Shown here: positions 47,560-57,769 of the stretch, piece by piece
Numbering within the stretch: position 1 is the first letter of the stretch
How the letters are laid out: every line of letters begins with the position of its first letter
Origin: an uncultured Acidobacteriota bacterium
GTDB lineage: Bacteria > Acidobacteriota > Terriglobia > Acidiferrales > UBA7541
Direction of reading: 5' to 3'
Assembly: GCA_963810565.1 (NCBI GenBank)
Contig: CAWENN010000001.1
Coordinates: 64,666-128,665, forward strand
Length of the DNA: 64,000 nucleotides
The notes under the pieces: generated by a model
Seen by the model: only the letters and a program-made list of their open reading frames with translations
Told to the model about the DNA's origin: nothing
The model's database searches: none
Position numbers and translations under genes: made by a program

Positions 47560-49665
47560 GTGAAGTTCCAACTGGTACTCCTCATTCATGCGCACCAACC
47601 CGTCGGAAATTTTGACGATGTAATGGAGCGCGCCTACGCGCAATCCTACGCTCCGTTCGTCGAAGTCCTCGCGCGGCATCCCGCCGTTCGCGTGGGATTG
47701 CATTTCACCGGCTCGCTGTTGGAGTGGATCGAACGGGCGCATCCCCAATACTTCGCGGAGCTGCGCGCCCTGGTGAAGCGCGGACAGGTGGAAATGGTCG
47801 GAGGTGGTTTCTACGAGCCGATCTTGGTCGTCATCCCGCCGCAAGATCGGCACGAGCAAATTACGCGTCTCGCGGATTACATCGAAAAGCATTTCGGCAA
47901 GCGTCCGAGGGGAGCCTGGATCGCCGAGCGTGTCTGGGAACCGCAATTACCGTCTTCGCTAGCGCCGTTTGGCGTCGAATATACCCTGGTGGACGACAAT
48001 CATTTTCTCGGCGCAGGCTTTGAACTCAATCAGCTTTACGGTTACTACCTCGCGGAAGACCAAGGCCACACCGTGAAAGTTCTCCCCGGCCTGAAATCCT
48101 TCCGCTACCTGATTCCATTTCGCGCGCCTGACGAAACCATCCAACTTCTGCGCATGGCCGCTGCGGAGCATCCCGGCGGCTTCGCCGCGATGGGCGATGA
48201 CCTGGAAAAGTTCGGCATATGGCCCGGCACGAACGAACTGTGCTATCGCAATGGCTGGCTCGAAAGATTTTTCGCGGCGCTCGATCAGAATCAGGATTGG
48301 CTGGAAACTGCCACGCCAGGCTCTGCGGTTGCCTCGCACGCTCCCCTGGGCCGCGCGGACCTTCCTGCAGCTTCGTATACTGAAATGATGGAATGGTCTC
48401 TCCGCACGCCGGCGCGAAATCGCTATCACGCGCTGGTGACGGAATTTGCGTCGCGTCCCGACGCGCTGCCGTTCGTGCGCGGCGGCATCTGGCGCAATTT
48501 TTTTACAAAGTACAGCGAGTCGAATTTGTTGCACAAAAAAATGCTGCACGTTTCACGCAAAGTCCATGCGCTCGATCACAGCCGCCGGCAAGACCCGGTA
48601 TTCGTGAAGGCGCGCGAAGAGGCGCGAACGCTGATGCTGCGCGGACAATGCAACGATCCTTACTGGCACGGCGTCTTCGGCGGCCTTTACGCGCCGCATT
48701 TGCGCACCGCGCTGTGGCGATCGCTGGCCGAGGCGGAAACGATCGCGGACAGGCTCTCGCATCGCGCGCATCACTACGAAGAGGCGGTCAAGCTTGATTT
48801 CGACGCGGATGGCCACGAAGAGATATATTTCACTTCCGACCGCTATGCGGCGCTGCTTTCTCCCGAAGATGGCGCCACGATTTCCGCGATCGAATGCCGT
48901 CAGTCGCACGCGACGCTGATCAATTCTCTGGAGCGACGTCCCGAAGCCTACCATGCCGGAATCAAGAACATATCCGGCAGGCAGGGGCACGCGCCGCAGT
49001 CCATTCACGAGCAGACGCGCACAAAGGAAGAGGGTCTCGACCGCTGGCTGAATTACGATCGCTGGGCGCGCAATTGTTTTCGTTTGCTGCTCTTCGGCCG
49101 CGAAAAGCAGTATCCGGATTGCGGTGCGGTTCGCCTGGAAGAAAATGCCGCGCTGGCGGCCGGGAGATATCGAATCTTGGAAATGTCGCCCAGCAAAGCG
49201 AAAGTCGTTTCGGATGCAAGCGCCGATTGGCCAGTGGAAAAAACCTTTTCGCTTGCGACGACCAAGGACGGATTTGAAATCGTTTGTGACGTTGTGTTAC
49301 GTCGCGCGGCGCCCGGCACCGCGTCTGTCTATATTGGAATTGAAAACGTTTTGAACTTTCTCGCCCCTTCGGCTCCGGATCGCTATTTCGAATCGGACGG
49401 CCAGCGCTATCCGTTGCGCTGGGGCGCCGCAACTCCGGCTTCGGAATTGCGCGTTGTGGACGAGTGGCAGGGCATCAGCGTCACGCTTTCCGCGCCCGGC
49501 GCCAGGGATTTCTGGATTGCGCCGATCGAGACAGTCTCGGAATCGGAAGAAGGCTTCGAGCGCATCTATCAAGGCTCGCAAATCATCGCGGTCTGGCCGG
49601 TGGAACTGGCGCAAGGCGCGGAATGGCAATGCCAACTCGGCCTCAAAGTTGCCAATCTGCGCTAG
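47560..49665 (+). CDS. glycoside hydrolase family 57 alpha-glucan-active enzyme
   Basis: LLIHAHQPVGNF, HFTGSLLEW, GGGFYEPIL, AWIAERVWEP. In-frame GTG 47560; the track start at 47470 adds an Arg-rich extension. Confidence 0.85.
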   Translation: MKFQLVLLIHAHQPVGNFDDVMERAYAQSYAPFVEVLARHPAVRVGLHFTGSLLEWIERAHPQYFAELRALVKRGQVEMVGGGFYEPILVVIPPQDRHEQITRLADYIEKHFGKRPRGAWIAERVWEPQLPSSLAPFGVEYTLVDDNHFLGAGFELNQLYGYYLAEDQGHTVKVLPGLKSFRYLIPFRAPDETIQLLRMAAAEHPGGFAAMGDDLEKFGIWPGTNELCYRNGWLERFFAALDQNQDWLETATPGSAVASHAPLGRADLPAASYTEMMEWSLRTPARNRYHALVTEFASRPDALPFVRGGIWRNFFTKYSESNLLHKKMLHVSRKVHALDHSRRQDPVFVKAREEARTLMLRGQCNDPYWHGVFGGLYAPHLRTALWRSLAEAETIADRLSHRAHHYEEAVKLDFDADGHEEIYFTSDRYAALLSPEDGATISAIECRQSHATLINSLERRPEAYHAGIKNISGRQGHAPQSIHEQTRTKEEGLDRWLNYDRWARNCFRLLLFGREKQYPDCGAVRLEENAALAAGRYRILEMSPSKAKVVSDASADWPVEKTFSLATTKDGFEIVCDVVLRRAAPGTASVYIGIENVLNFLAPSAPDRYFESDGQRYPLRWGAATPASELRVVDEWQGISVTLSAPGARDFWIAPIETVSESEEGFERIYQGSQIIAVWPVELAQGAEWQCQLGLKVANLR

Positions 49666-49763
49666 GCTTCCGGCCGCACGAATAGCGCCGCCGCTCGCGC
49701 AATATGAACCGTGCGCTTGCTGCTATGCGTGCCGCTCTGCTAGAGTGCCGTGGGAGGAAACGC

Positions 49764-49937
49764 ATGGCCGTCTCGCAGGAACTTCTCGACATTCTCGTTT
49801 GTCCGCTGGATAAAACTCCGGTGAAATTGACGAGCGACCAGCACGGCTTGAAGTGCCCGTCGTGCCGGCGCGTCTATCCCATTCGCGAAGACATCCCCGT
49901 AATGCTGGTGGACGAAGCTCGCATTGAAGCCGAATGA
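49764..49937 (+). CDS. Trm112/UPF0434 zinc-ribbon protein
   Basis: LLDILVCPLDK, CPSCRRVYPIREDIPVML. ATG 49764 follows GGGAGGA. Confidence 0.8.
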   Translation: MAVSQELLDILVCPLDKTPVKLTSDQHGLKCPSCRRVYPIREDIPVMLVDEARIEAE

Positions 49938-51000
49938 AGCATCGCGGCTGAAAGATCCCGCAGCCCTGCTTTCCGGCCTTCCCCAGGGCGCGGAAATTCT
50001 GATCATTCGCCTCCGCTCGCTCGGCGATCTCGTTCTCGAAACGCCCGCCATTGCTGCCATTCATTCCTGGCGCCCCGATTTACGAATTTCCGTGCTCGTC
50101 GAGACGCGTTTCGCCGCGGTATTGGAAGGCAATCCGGCGATCACCGAACTGATTTTCTCCAGCGGCGGCGCTTTCGCAACCGCGGCAAAGTTGCGCGCGC
50201 GCCACTTTCCCGTCGTTTTCAATCAACATGGCGGCCCGCGTAGCGCGATCCTGACGGGATTCTCCGACTCCCCGCAACGCGTCGGCTGGACCGGCTACCA
50301 ATATTCGTTTATGTACAACGTCCACGCTCCCGATGCGCAAGAATTCTACGGCGCGGAAGCCGTTCACACGGTCGAACATCGAATCTCGCAATTTTATTGG
50401 GCAGGTTTGCCGCGCGGACCGATTCCGAACGCAGACGTATTTCCTCAGCCGGATGCCGTGGCATCTGTCGCTTGGAAGTTGGCGGAGAAGGGAATTGCCC
50501 CCGGCACGCCGTACGCGGTTCTGCAACCCGGTGCGCGTCTATCGGAAATGCGCTGGCCTGTTGCAAGATTTGCGGAACTGACGCGTTGGTTGCACGAACT
50601 TCATGGAGTCGAAAGCGTCGTGAACCTCGGAGCAAGCGACGCCAAAATTGCACCTGAAGTTCAGCACGAAATGCGAGACTGTGCCGTGATTCCCGAGACG
50701 CCCCTGGATATCCGCGAGCTCATCGCGCTGATTGCCGCCTCGCGGATCGTGATCGGCAATGATTCGGGCCCCATGCACATCGCGGCCGCCTTGCAGCGTC
50801 CCAGCGTAGTAGTCTTCAGTGTCACCGATCCGGTGCAATGGCACCCGTGGCAATCGTCGCACTACATCGTTCAAACGGGTGCCACGTTCCATCATCCGCG
50901 CGGCGACAAAAGCATCGTCACCAGCAATCCACGCCCGATTTCGTCTATCGCATTTGAGGAAGTTCGCGCTGGCTGCGAAGATTTGCTCGCAGGTCCATAA
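49924..51000 (+). CDS. glycosyltransferase family 9 (heptosyltransferase-like)
   Basis: ILIIRLRSLGDLVLETPA and GNDSGPMHIAAAL. TTG start overlaps the Trm112 gene by 14 nt. Confidence 0.8.
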   Translation: MKPNEASRLKDPAALLSGLPQGAEILIIRLRSLGDLVLETPAIAAIHSWRPDLRISVLVETRFAAVLEGNPAITELIFSSGGAFATAAKLRARHFPVVFNQHGGPRSAILTGFSDSPQRVGWTGYQYSFMYNVHAPDAQEFYGAEAVHTVEHRISQFYWAGLPRGPIPNADVFPQPDAVASVAWKLAEKGIAPGTPYAVLQPGARLSEMRWPVARFAELTRWLHELHGVESVVNLGASDAKIAPEVQHEMRDCAVIPETPLDIRELIALIAASRIVIGNDSGPMHIAAALQRPSVVVFSVTDPVQWHPWQSSHYIVQTGATFHHPRGDKSIVTSNPRPISSIAFEEVRAGCEDLLAGP

Positions 51001-51066
51001 ACACGAACCGCGGTGATGACGCAATGCGAGGATTGAGTGCGGAGAGCGCCACACAGTTCGTGAAAG

Positions 51067-51525
51067 CTATGGTGCGAATCCGAGCGATTGATCCTTGTAT
51101 TCAACCTGCAAGCGGACTTCTTTCGTCTTGCCTTGTTTCAACGCATCATGATCACCCGGAAAAGGCTGGTACGGACTTACTTCAACGGTGATCACCACTC
51201 CGGAAGGGCGTTCGGGACCTTGCTTGATCTCCTCGGCATGTTCAATGTGATAGCTCTTGATCGGGCCATAATAACCCTGCGGCCCGAAATCGTCGGTGAA
51301 GTCCTTGAAGGAGTAGGAAGGCGCTGGCTTGTACATGCGATACGCGTCTTCCAACTGTCCGGCGACAACGTAACCCATAAAATGGCGAACCGTTTTTTCT
51401 TCGGTATGGAACCGCATCTCGTAGCCGGCCCAGAGCCCGATCAGCGCGACAAATACGACTGCGGTGATAATGTAACGCAGCACCTTGGACGGCGGATGTT
51501 CTTCCGTCGAATCGAAAATTCCCAC
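51067..51525 (-). CDS. membrane-anchored hypothetical protein
   Basis: 152 aa with one N-terminal TM (YIITAVVFVALIGLWAGY) and no recognisable family. Confidence 0.55.
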   Translation of the reverse strand: MGIFDSTEEHPPSKVLRYIITAVVFVALIGLWAGYEMRFHTEEKTVRHFMGYVVAGQLEDAYRMYKPAPSYSFKDFTDDFGPQGYYGPIKSYHIEHAEEIKQGPERPSGVVITVEVSPYQPFPGDHDALKQGKTKEVRLQVEYKDQSLGFAP

Positions 51526-51562
51526 GAATTCTCCTTACCTTTGTTGGATGCTCTGCCTTGCG

Positions 51563-52681
51563 CTAAAGCTGCCGCTTGAATAGCAGGATGCTGGACGTCG
51601 TCATGATCGCCGCGATGCCCAGCAAAACTAGCACGTCCACATAGATCCCTTCAATGCCCGTGCTCTTGAGAGTGAGATTTCGCAAGCCATGAACCGCGTA
51701 CGTGAAAGGATCAATCACCGAAATCCATTTCAGCCACCACGGGAACGCGGCGATCGGATAGACGGCGCCCGACGGGAAAAACAAAAGCGTGTTGAGCACG
51801 CCGAAGATGGCGCGCGGCACCAGCGGGTCGTCTACGCGGACCATCAGCAGAAACATAAAACTCATCATCGCCAAGGCCGCGGCGGCGACCACCACCACGA
51901 GGTACAGCAACCGCAGCGGATTCCAGATTTCGGGCAGGCCCACGATTAGTCCGCCGATGATCGTCAGCACCATTCCGGTCATCAAGCCCTTGATCACTCC
52001 GGAACCAATCAATCCGAACACCAATTCCGATTTTTTGATCGGCGTCACGAGATACCCTTCGTGTAGCCCCCGCGCTTTGTCGTCAATGAACGTAATTCCG
52101 CCGCCGATCATAGCCACCACAAATACCGAAAGCGCGATGGTGCCTGCGAGCAAATATTTGACGTATTCAACGTACGGATAAATTTCTACGGTATCCAGTT
52201 GAACCGAGCCTTCCAGTCGCGGCGTTACGTCCGGCGCATTGAGCTGGTCCACCATCTGCTGCACTCGCTCGAGCAGCGCGCTCGATATGAATTGGTCCGT
52301 ATTATCTTCGGTGAACGCGATGCGCGGCCGGTCCTTTTGATAGAAGCGCCGTGAAAAATCGTGCGGAATCACCACCAGCCCGCGCACCAGGCCGGTCTGC
52401 AAGTCGTGTGTGGCCTGGGGCACCGAATCGTACTCGACCACTTGGAATGTCCGCGGCCCCGCGGTGATGCCGTCGAACATCTCGCGCACCTTGCGCGACT
52501 CTACGGAATGATCCATGTCCACAAAACCAAGCTTTACGCCGGTGACTTTCCCGCCGAATGCATAGCCCAGGACGATCAGCTGCACCAGCGGAAGCACCAT
52601 GGAGACCATCATGAGCGCCGGGCTGCGGAAGAATTTCCGCAAGTCGCGTTCAATGAGCGCCGCTACGCGCTTGAAATTCAT
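51563..52681 (-). CDS. ABC-2 type transporter permease
   Basis: 372 aa with an N-terminal TM, a large extracytoplasmic loop and a 5-TM C-terminal ABC-2 module. Downstream of the ATPase. Confidence 0.85.
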   Translation of the reverse strand: MNFKRVAALIERDLRKFFRSPALMMVSMVLPLVQLIVLGYAFGGKVTGVKLGFVDMDHSVESRKVREMFDGITAGPRTFQVVEYDSVPQATHDLQTGLVRGLVVIPHDFSRRFYQKDRPRIAFTEDNTDQFISSALLERVQQMVDQLNAPDVTPRLEGSVQLDTVEIYPYVEYVKYLLAGTIALSVFVVAMIGGGITFIDDKARGLHEGYLVTPIKKSELVFGLIGSGVIKGLMTGMVLTIIGGLIVGLPEIWNPLRLLYLVVVVAAAALAMMSFMFLLMVRVDDPLVPRAIFGVLNTLLFFPSGAVYPIAAFPWWLKWISVIDPFTYAVHGLRNLTLKSTGIEGIYVDVLVLLGIAAIMTTSSILLFKRQL

Positions 52682-52720
52682 TCTTGGGTACCTCCGTGGT
52701 GCACCCGCTACGGCACGCCC

Positions 52721-53719
52721 CTAACGGTACAAATGTCCGATGTCGTGCCTCGCCCCGGCGTCAATCGCATCTCGGAGGGCGCTTCCGGTGTAATGCAGGA
52801 ACACGTCATCCAGTGTCGTGCTTTGCACGCTTACTTTCTTTACGTGTACGCCGCGCGCGCGCGCCAGGTCCATCAACGCCGCGACCGTCACCGGACCGTC
52901 GTTCGACGAAATGTGTACAACGCCGTCGCGATGCGTAACGCCCGCTGCCTGCGCGAGACCCTTGAGCTGTTCATCCCAATCCAGCGGCGCGCCTTCGAAT
53001 TCCGCTTCCAGCGTGTCGTTCCCTGGAACGCTATCCTTCAGCTTCGTGGGCGTGTCCAATGCCGCCAGTTTGCCGTGATCCACGATCGCGATGCGGTCGC
53101 ACAGTTTGTCGGCTTCGTCCATGTAGTGCGTAGTCAGCAGGATCGTCAGCTCCGACCGTTCGCACAATCCGCGGATCAATTGCCACACGTTGCTGCGCGA
53201 GACCGGATCGAGACCGGTGGTCGGCTCATCCAGAAAAAGAATTCTCGGCGAATGCACCAATCCGCGGGCGATTTCCAGCCGCCGGCGCATACCTCCGGAA
53301 AATGTGCGGACCAACGCGTCCTTGAATTTCAGCAGGTCCACCGATTCCAGCAGGTCGTGAATGAGCTTGTCGCGTTGCGCGCGTGGCACGCCGTAGAGTT
53401 TCGCGTGAATCAGCATATTTTCCGTGGCGGTGAGTTCCGGGTCGGAGGTCAGCGCCTGTGGGATCACCCCCATCGCGTGGCGCACTCCATCTTCGTCTGT
53501 GACGATGTCGTGCCCCGCGATTCGCGCGGTCCCGGAAGTTGGCGGCGTGAGCGTCGTCATCATGCGAATCAGAGTGGTCTTGCCCGCGCCATTCGGCCCG
53601 AGCAGGCCAAAGATTTCGCGATGTGCGACGTTGAAGCTGACATCATTGACCGCGACCAGATCTCCGAACTTCTTCGTGAGATGGTCTACCTCGACCGCGT
53701 TGATGGGTTTCGGATCCAT
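52721..53719 (-). CDS. ABC transporter ATP-binding protein (DrrA-like)
   Basis: Walker A GPNGAGKTT, signature FSGGMRRRLEIARGL, Walker B LFLDEPTTGLD. Confidence 0.9.
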   Translation of the reverse strand: MDPKPINAVEVDHLTKKFGDLVAVNDVSFNVAHREIFGLLGPNGAGKTTLIRMMTTLTPPTSGTARIAGHDIVTDEDGVRHAMGVIPQALTSDPELTATENMLIHAKLYGVPRAQRDKLIHDLLESVDLLKFKDALVRTFSGGMRRRLEIARGLVHSPRILFLDEPTTGLDPVSRSNVWQLIRGLCERSELTILLTTHYMDEADKLCDRIAIVDHGKLAALDTPTKLKDSVPGNDTLEAEFEGAPLDWDEQLKGLAQAAGVTHRDGVVHISSNDGPVTVAALMDLARARGVHVKKVSVQSTTLDDVFLHYTGSALRDAIDAGARHDIGHLYR

Positions 53720-53723
53720 GACG

Positions 53724-54797
53724 TCAGAGCCGCGCGAACCAGCTTTGCGTCGGCGGATGCGGCAGCAGCACTGTGGCAGTCATCCCAGTGAACAGCCGCC
53801 CCTCAGGATTGGGAACCGCGACCTTGATCGCAAACGTCTTGATGTCGCGCTTGGTGCGACTCACGTCCCGCTGCGTCGCGAAATCGTTTTCCACGCCTTT
53901 AAAAATCACCGAGCCTTCAATGATGTCTCCGGAGGGAAGCTTTACCTGTAATTTCTGGCCAAAGCGGATCGAATCAATGAGCGTTTCTTCCACGTCCGCG
54001 CGCACCCACAGATCATTGATGTCCACGATCACCACGATGGGCGAGCCTTCCGCCACCACTTCTCCCTGCTTCGCCACGCGCACCGAAACGATGCCGTCAA
54101 TCGGTGCGTAAATTTTCGTGTACGCTAATTGCGCGGCCATTTCGGCTTCCGACGCCCGCGCTTGCTCGAGTTGGGCGAGCGTGGTGTTGATCGCGCTCTT
54201 GCGCGCGTCCACTTGTTTGCGATTGGCCTGGGCCACTTCCACGGCCGCGGATTCGGCGCGCACCGCTTCTTCCAGTGCTTCCACGTTTGCTTGCGAGATT
54301 CGCACCGCCGCTTCGGCGTGATCGCGGTCTTGCGCGGAAACTTCACCCTTGGCGAAGAGTTCCTGCATGCGCTTCAAATCCTGCTGGTCGCGCCAGAGCT
54401 GGGCTCGTGCCGGGGCCAGCTGAGCGCTCGAAGAAGTCACCCGCGCGCGCGCCTCCGTCACCGAAGCGTCGGTCTGGTTGTTGGTCCAGGTATAATTGTG
54501 GTTCGCTTCGTTCACTTGGGCTTCCAGGCTGGTCACGTTCGCCTTCGTTGCCGCCAAACTTGCTTCGAGTTCTGTGCTATCGAGCTGTGCGATTAATTCG
54601 CCTTTCTTCACCGCCGTCCCTTCATCCACAGCCAGATTCACGATGCGGCCCGTAATCTGCGGGCTGACGATCACCTCGTTGCCGTCCACCACCCCAATCA
54701 ACGGGATATCGCTGCCGCGCGGGGTAGTGAAGTAGTAGGCCACAGCCGCAATCAAGAAAATCACGAACAGCATGGTGAAAAATTTCCGGCCGGTCAT
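53724..54797 (-). CDS. HlyD-family membrane fusion protein
   Basis: N-terminal TM, a long coiled-coil segment and lipoyl/beta-barrel motifs (IYAPIDGIVSVRVAKQGEVV). Confidence 0.85.
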   Translation of the reverse strand: MTGRKFFTMLFVIFLIAAVAYYFTTPRGSDIPLIGVVDGNEVIVSPQITGRIVNLAVDEGTAVKKGELIAQLDSTELEASLAATKANVTSLEAQVNEANHNYTWTNNQTDASVTEARARVTSSSAQLAPARAQLWRDQQDLKRMQELFAKGEVSAQDRDHAEAAVRISQANVEALEEAVRAESAAVEVAQANRKQVDARKSAINTTLAQLEQARASEAEMAAQLAYTKIYAPIDGIVSVRVAKQGEVVAEGSPIVVIVDINDLWVRADVEETLIDSIRFGQKLQVKLPSGDIIEGSVIFKGVENDFATQRDVSRTKRDIKTFAIKVAVPNPEGRLFTGMTATVLLPHPPTQSWFARL

Positions 54798-55432
54798 CGG
54801 CGCTTCTCCTGTGAGCGAAGTAAGCCATGATCCAGAAAATCCAGCAGCGCGCGCTTCCGCTCGGCCAGCGCGTCCTCTGCGAGCAAATCTCTTCCCGCTA
54901 CGCGTCCGAAAATCGCGGCGGCCGCGAAATAAGAAGTCGTCATGCCCATGATGGTGAAGGCCGCGTGATTCGGGTCAATATGTCGAAACTCGCCCGCGGC
55001 AATTCCCGCCTCCAGCGTTTGTACCAATCGTTTGTGAAACGGCCGGAGAAACTGGTTCACGATCCAATCGAATGCCTGGGTCGCCTCCATCGCTTCGCGA
55101 TGCACCAGCCGGGGATAGTTCGGATGCGACGCCAGAAAATCGAAATACGCGGTGATGAATTCGCGCAGCCGCTCGCGAGGGGAGGCTTGTTTGCGCGGCG
55201 GATCGTACACTCCAGTCCGCAGCTGGCGGAAGAGGTTTTCCAGCACCGCGCGATGCAGCCTCCGCTTATTCCCGAAATAGTAGTAAAGCATCGCCTTGTT
55301 GGCGTGCGCGGCGGAAGCAATTTCCTCCGTCCGCGCGCCGGCCATGCCCTGCGCGGCGAATTGATGCTCCGCAGCGGCGAGAATTCTTCGCGCGGTGGCC
55401 GGATTGGCGACTTTTTTTCTGCCTCGTTTCAT
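54794..55432 (-). CDS. TetR-family transcriptional regulator
   Basis: HTH TEEIASAAHANKAMLYYYFGNKRRL. Internal ATG 55432 (MKRGRKKV) is preferred over 55495. The stop overlaps the HlyD start. Confidence 0.85.
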   Translation of the reverse strand: MKRGRKKVANPATARRILAAAEHQFAAQGMAGARTEEIASAAHANKAMLYYYFGNKRRLHRAVLENLFRQLRTGVYDPPRKQASPRERLREFITAYFDFLASHPNYPRLVHREAMEATQAFDWIVNQFLRPFHKRLVQTLEAGIAAGEFRHIDPNHAAFTIMGMTTSYFAAAAIFGRVAGRDLLAEDALAERKRALLDFLDHGLLRSQEKRR

Positions 55433-55527
55433 CGCAGTTCTAAACTCCCACTCGCTCCACAATTTCCTTGTTGTAACGTGCTCCGGCAGCGACATCGCGT
55501 CAGTCGCCCCGGCAGGTAATATTAGTT

Positions 55528-55543
55528 AACCAACCGGTTAGTT
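55528..55543. promoter_or_regulatory. candidate TetR operator, imperfect palindrome AACCAACC|GGTTAGTT
   Basis: 7 of 8 arm pairs match. It sits in an AT-rich stretch (TAATATTAGTTAACCAACCGGTTAGTTTAATAAA) about 95 nt upstream of the tetR ATG. Confidence 0.4.
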
Positions 55544-55638
55544 TAATAAATCCCCCCAGCGATGGTCAAGCATTCCACCGCAATGATGTGCCGCAAGCCA
55601 CCCCGTTGGTTATTACGTGCGGAAGGAGGATTTTATTA

Positions 55639-56775
55639 CTATGCGTCGAGAGCGCCGGACCCGCCGCTGGGGAGTTCGATGGAATACTTCGTGCGGGCCT
55701 TATCGCGATGGAGTTCGATCGCGAGTTCGATCAAGCGATCAATGAGCTTGGGATACGGCAATCCCGACGCCTCCCACAATTTCGGGTACATACTGATCGA
55801 AGTAAAGCCGGGTATCGTGTTCAGTTCATTGATGAAAGTTTTGCCGGTGCGCCGCTCCAGGAAGAAATCACAACGCGCCATTCCCGTGCCGTCAATCGCT
55901 CGGAACGCGCGTACGGCATAGTCCTGAAAAACAGCCACTTGCTTGTTGTTTAGCTTAGCGGGAATGAGCAGCTGGGTCCCTTGCTCCAGGTATTTCGCCC
56001 GATAGTCGTAGTATTCGCGGTGCGGAACGATTTCGCCCGGTACGGAGGCGCTCAGTTCGTCATTTCCCAGCACCGACACTTCAATTTCGCGTCCGGTCAC
56101 TCCGCGTTCGACAATAATCTTCAGCGCGAATTCAGCAGCCAAATCCATAGCCGCGGATATCTCGTGTCCCTCCTTTACGCGCGTCATTCCGACGGACGAA
56201 CCAAGCGTCGCCGGCTTCACAAAAATCGGGAAACGGAATTTCTTCTTGATTGCCTTCAGCACTTTCGCGCGCTCATGCTCCCACTCCGACCGGCGAACGG
56301 CTAGAAACGGCACGATCGGCAGACCCGCTTGTTCAAAAAGCCTCTTCTGTACGTCTTTATCCATGCCCACAGCCGACGCCAGCACGCCTGCACCTACGTA
56401 TGGCAATCCAGCAAGCTCAAGCAAGCCTTGCACCGTGCCGTCTTCGCCAAACGTGCCGTGCAGCACTGGGAACACCACATCCACACTCACGCTGGGCTGG
56501 CCAGTCCCGGGGCCTAGTGGCACAAGCGATGCCGCGCTGGGATCCGGAGGCAGCACCACGCGGTCCCCTGATTTCAGCACGTCCGCCAGCATCTTCAGCG
56601 AACCCGTCCCGACCAGCCAGCGGCCATCCTTCGAAATGCCGATGGGCACAGCTTCGTATTTTTCGGGATCGAGCGCGCGAATTACTGACGCAGCGGAAGC
56701 CAGCGAAACTTCGTGCTCGCCGGAACGTCCGCCAAACAGCACACCGATGCGCAATCGTTTTTGCGAGGCGTTCAT
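55639..56775 (-). CDS. ddl: D-alanine--D-alanine ligase
   Basis: VLFGGRSGEHEVSL, HGTFGEDGTVQGLLE, ATP-grasp motif INELNTIPGFT. Confidence 0.9.
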   Translation of the reverse strand: MNASQKRLRIGVLFGGRSGEHEVSLASAASVIRALDPEKYEAVPIGISKDGRWLVGTGSLKMLADVLKSGDRVVLPPDPSAASLVPLGPGTGQPSVSVDVVFPVLHGTFGEDGTVQGLLELAGLPYVGAGVLASAVGMDKDVQKRLFEQAGLPIVPFLAVRRSEWEHERAKVLKAIKKKFRFPIFVKPATLGSSVGMTRVKEGHEISAAMDLAAEFALKIIVERGVTGREIEVSVLGNDELSASVPGEIVPHREYYDYRAKYLEQGTQLLIPAKLNNKQVAVFQDYAVRAFRAIDGTGMARCDFFLERRTGKTFINELNTIPGFTSISMYPKLWEASGLPYPKLIDRLIELAIELHRDKARTKYSIELPSGGSGALDA

Positions 56776-56818
56776 AGGGCCCCCAGCTCACCGCATATTC
56801 CGGCGACGCTCGCGCGCA

Positions 56819-57730
56819 TTAAAGGATTTTCTTTCCCAGGCCGGAAAGCACCAGTTCGACGCCCAGAGTTGCAGTGGTGTTGTGCAAGTCAATAACCGGA
56901 TTGATTTCCACCAGCTCAAACGAAGCCATCAGCTTACTATCGGCAATCATTTCCAGCGCCAGATGCGCTTCGCGGTAGGTCACGCCTCCTCGCACGGGCG
57001 TGCCCACTCCGGGAGCGTCCGTCGGGTCCACGAAGTCCATATCCAGGCTGACGGCAATCCCCGCCGTATCGTCGCCTGCAAAACGCAGCGCTTCCGCCAT
57101 CACCTCGCGCATGCCGCGCTCATCAATATCTCGCATCGTGAAAACATGTACGCCAGAATCCTTCACCAGCTTGCGCTCTTTCGAATCCAGATCTCGGATG
57201 CCCACCAGCGAGACGTTGCGCGGTTCCACCATTGGCTTGATGCCGCCCAATTCCGTCAATTCCGGTGGCCCGTAGCCCATGATGGACGCAAGCGGCATGC
57301 CGTGCACATTCCCCGATGGCGAAGAGTCCGGTGTATTCATGTCGCCATGCGCGTCCAGCCAGATCACTCCGATTCGCTTCGAATCCTTATTGAAGTGGGC
57401 TGCCGCTCCCGCGGTGGTTCCGACCGCAATCGAATGGTCGCCGCCCAGAACTAGCGGAATCATGTCCTCGTCCAGCGTTTTCTTCACCGCATCCGCGAGG
57501 CCTTTGCACGCCTCCGAAATTTCGTCCAGATAACGTGCCCGCTTCTCGCCGTACGGCTGCTCCTCCGGCTGCGGAACAATCACATTGCCGATGTCTTCCA
57601 CCTGCCGGCCCAATTGCTTCAAGCGCGACTGTAATCCCGCGACGCGCAAAGCCGATGGCCCCATGTCCACGCCTCGGCGACTCGCGCCCAAGTCCATCGG
57701 CACACCGATAATGCGAATTTTTTCGGGCAT
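56819..57730 (-). CDS. rocF: arginase (ureohydrolase family)
   Basis: Mn-ligand motifs GGDHS, DAHGDMNTP and SLDMDFVDP, plus GNVHGMPLA. Confidence 0.8.
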   Translation of the reverse strand: MPEKIRIIGVPMDLGASRRGVDMGPSALRVAGLQSRLKQLGRQVEDIGNVIVPQPEEQPYGEKRARYLDEISEACKGLADAVKKTLDEDMIPLVLGGDHSIAVGTTAGAAAHFNKDSKRIGVIWLDAHGDMNTPDSSPSGNVHGMPLASIMGYGPPELTELGGIKPMVEPRNVSLVGIRDLDSKERKLVKDSGVHVFTMRDIDERGMREVMAEALRFAGDDTAGIAVSLDMDFVDPTDAPGVGTPVRGGVTYREAHLALEMIADSKLMASFELVEINPVIDLHNTTATLGVELVLSGLGKKIL

Positions 57731-57769
57731 ATTTTGTGCTTTCGCGACCCCGGTTCGGGGGAGGGAACC

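Noticed and set aside
52361-53791. 476-aa plus-strand ORF antisense to the ABC ATPase and ABC-2 permease
   Set aside because: It is antisense to genes with Walker and signature motifs, and the translation is His/Arg-rich.
56246-57454. 402-aa plus-strand ORF antisense to ddl and arginase
   Set aside because: It spans the intergenic gap between two well-supported minus-strand genes and has a Ser/Arg/Pro-rich composition.
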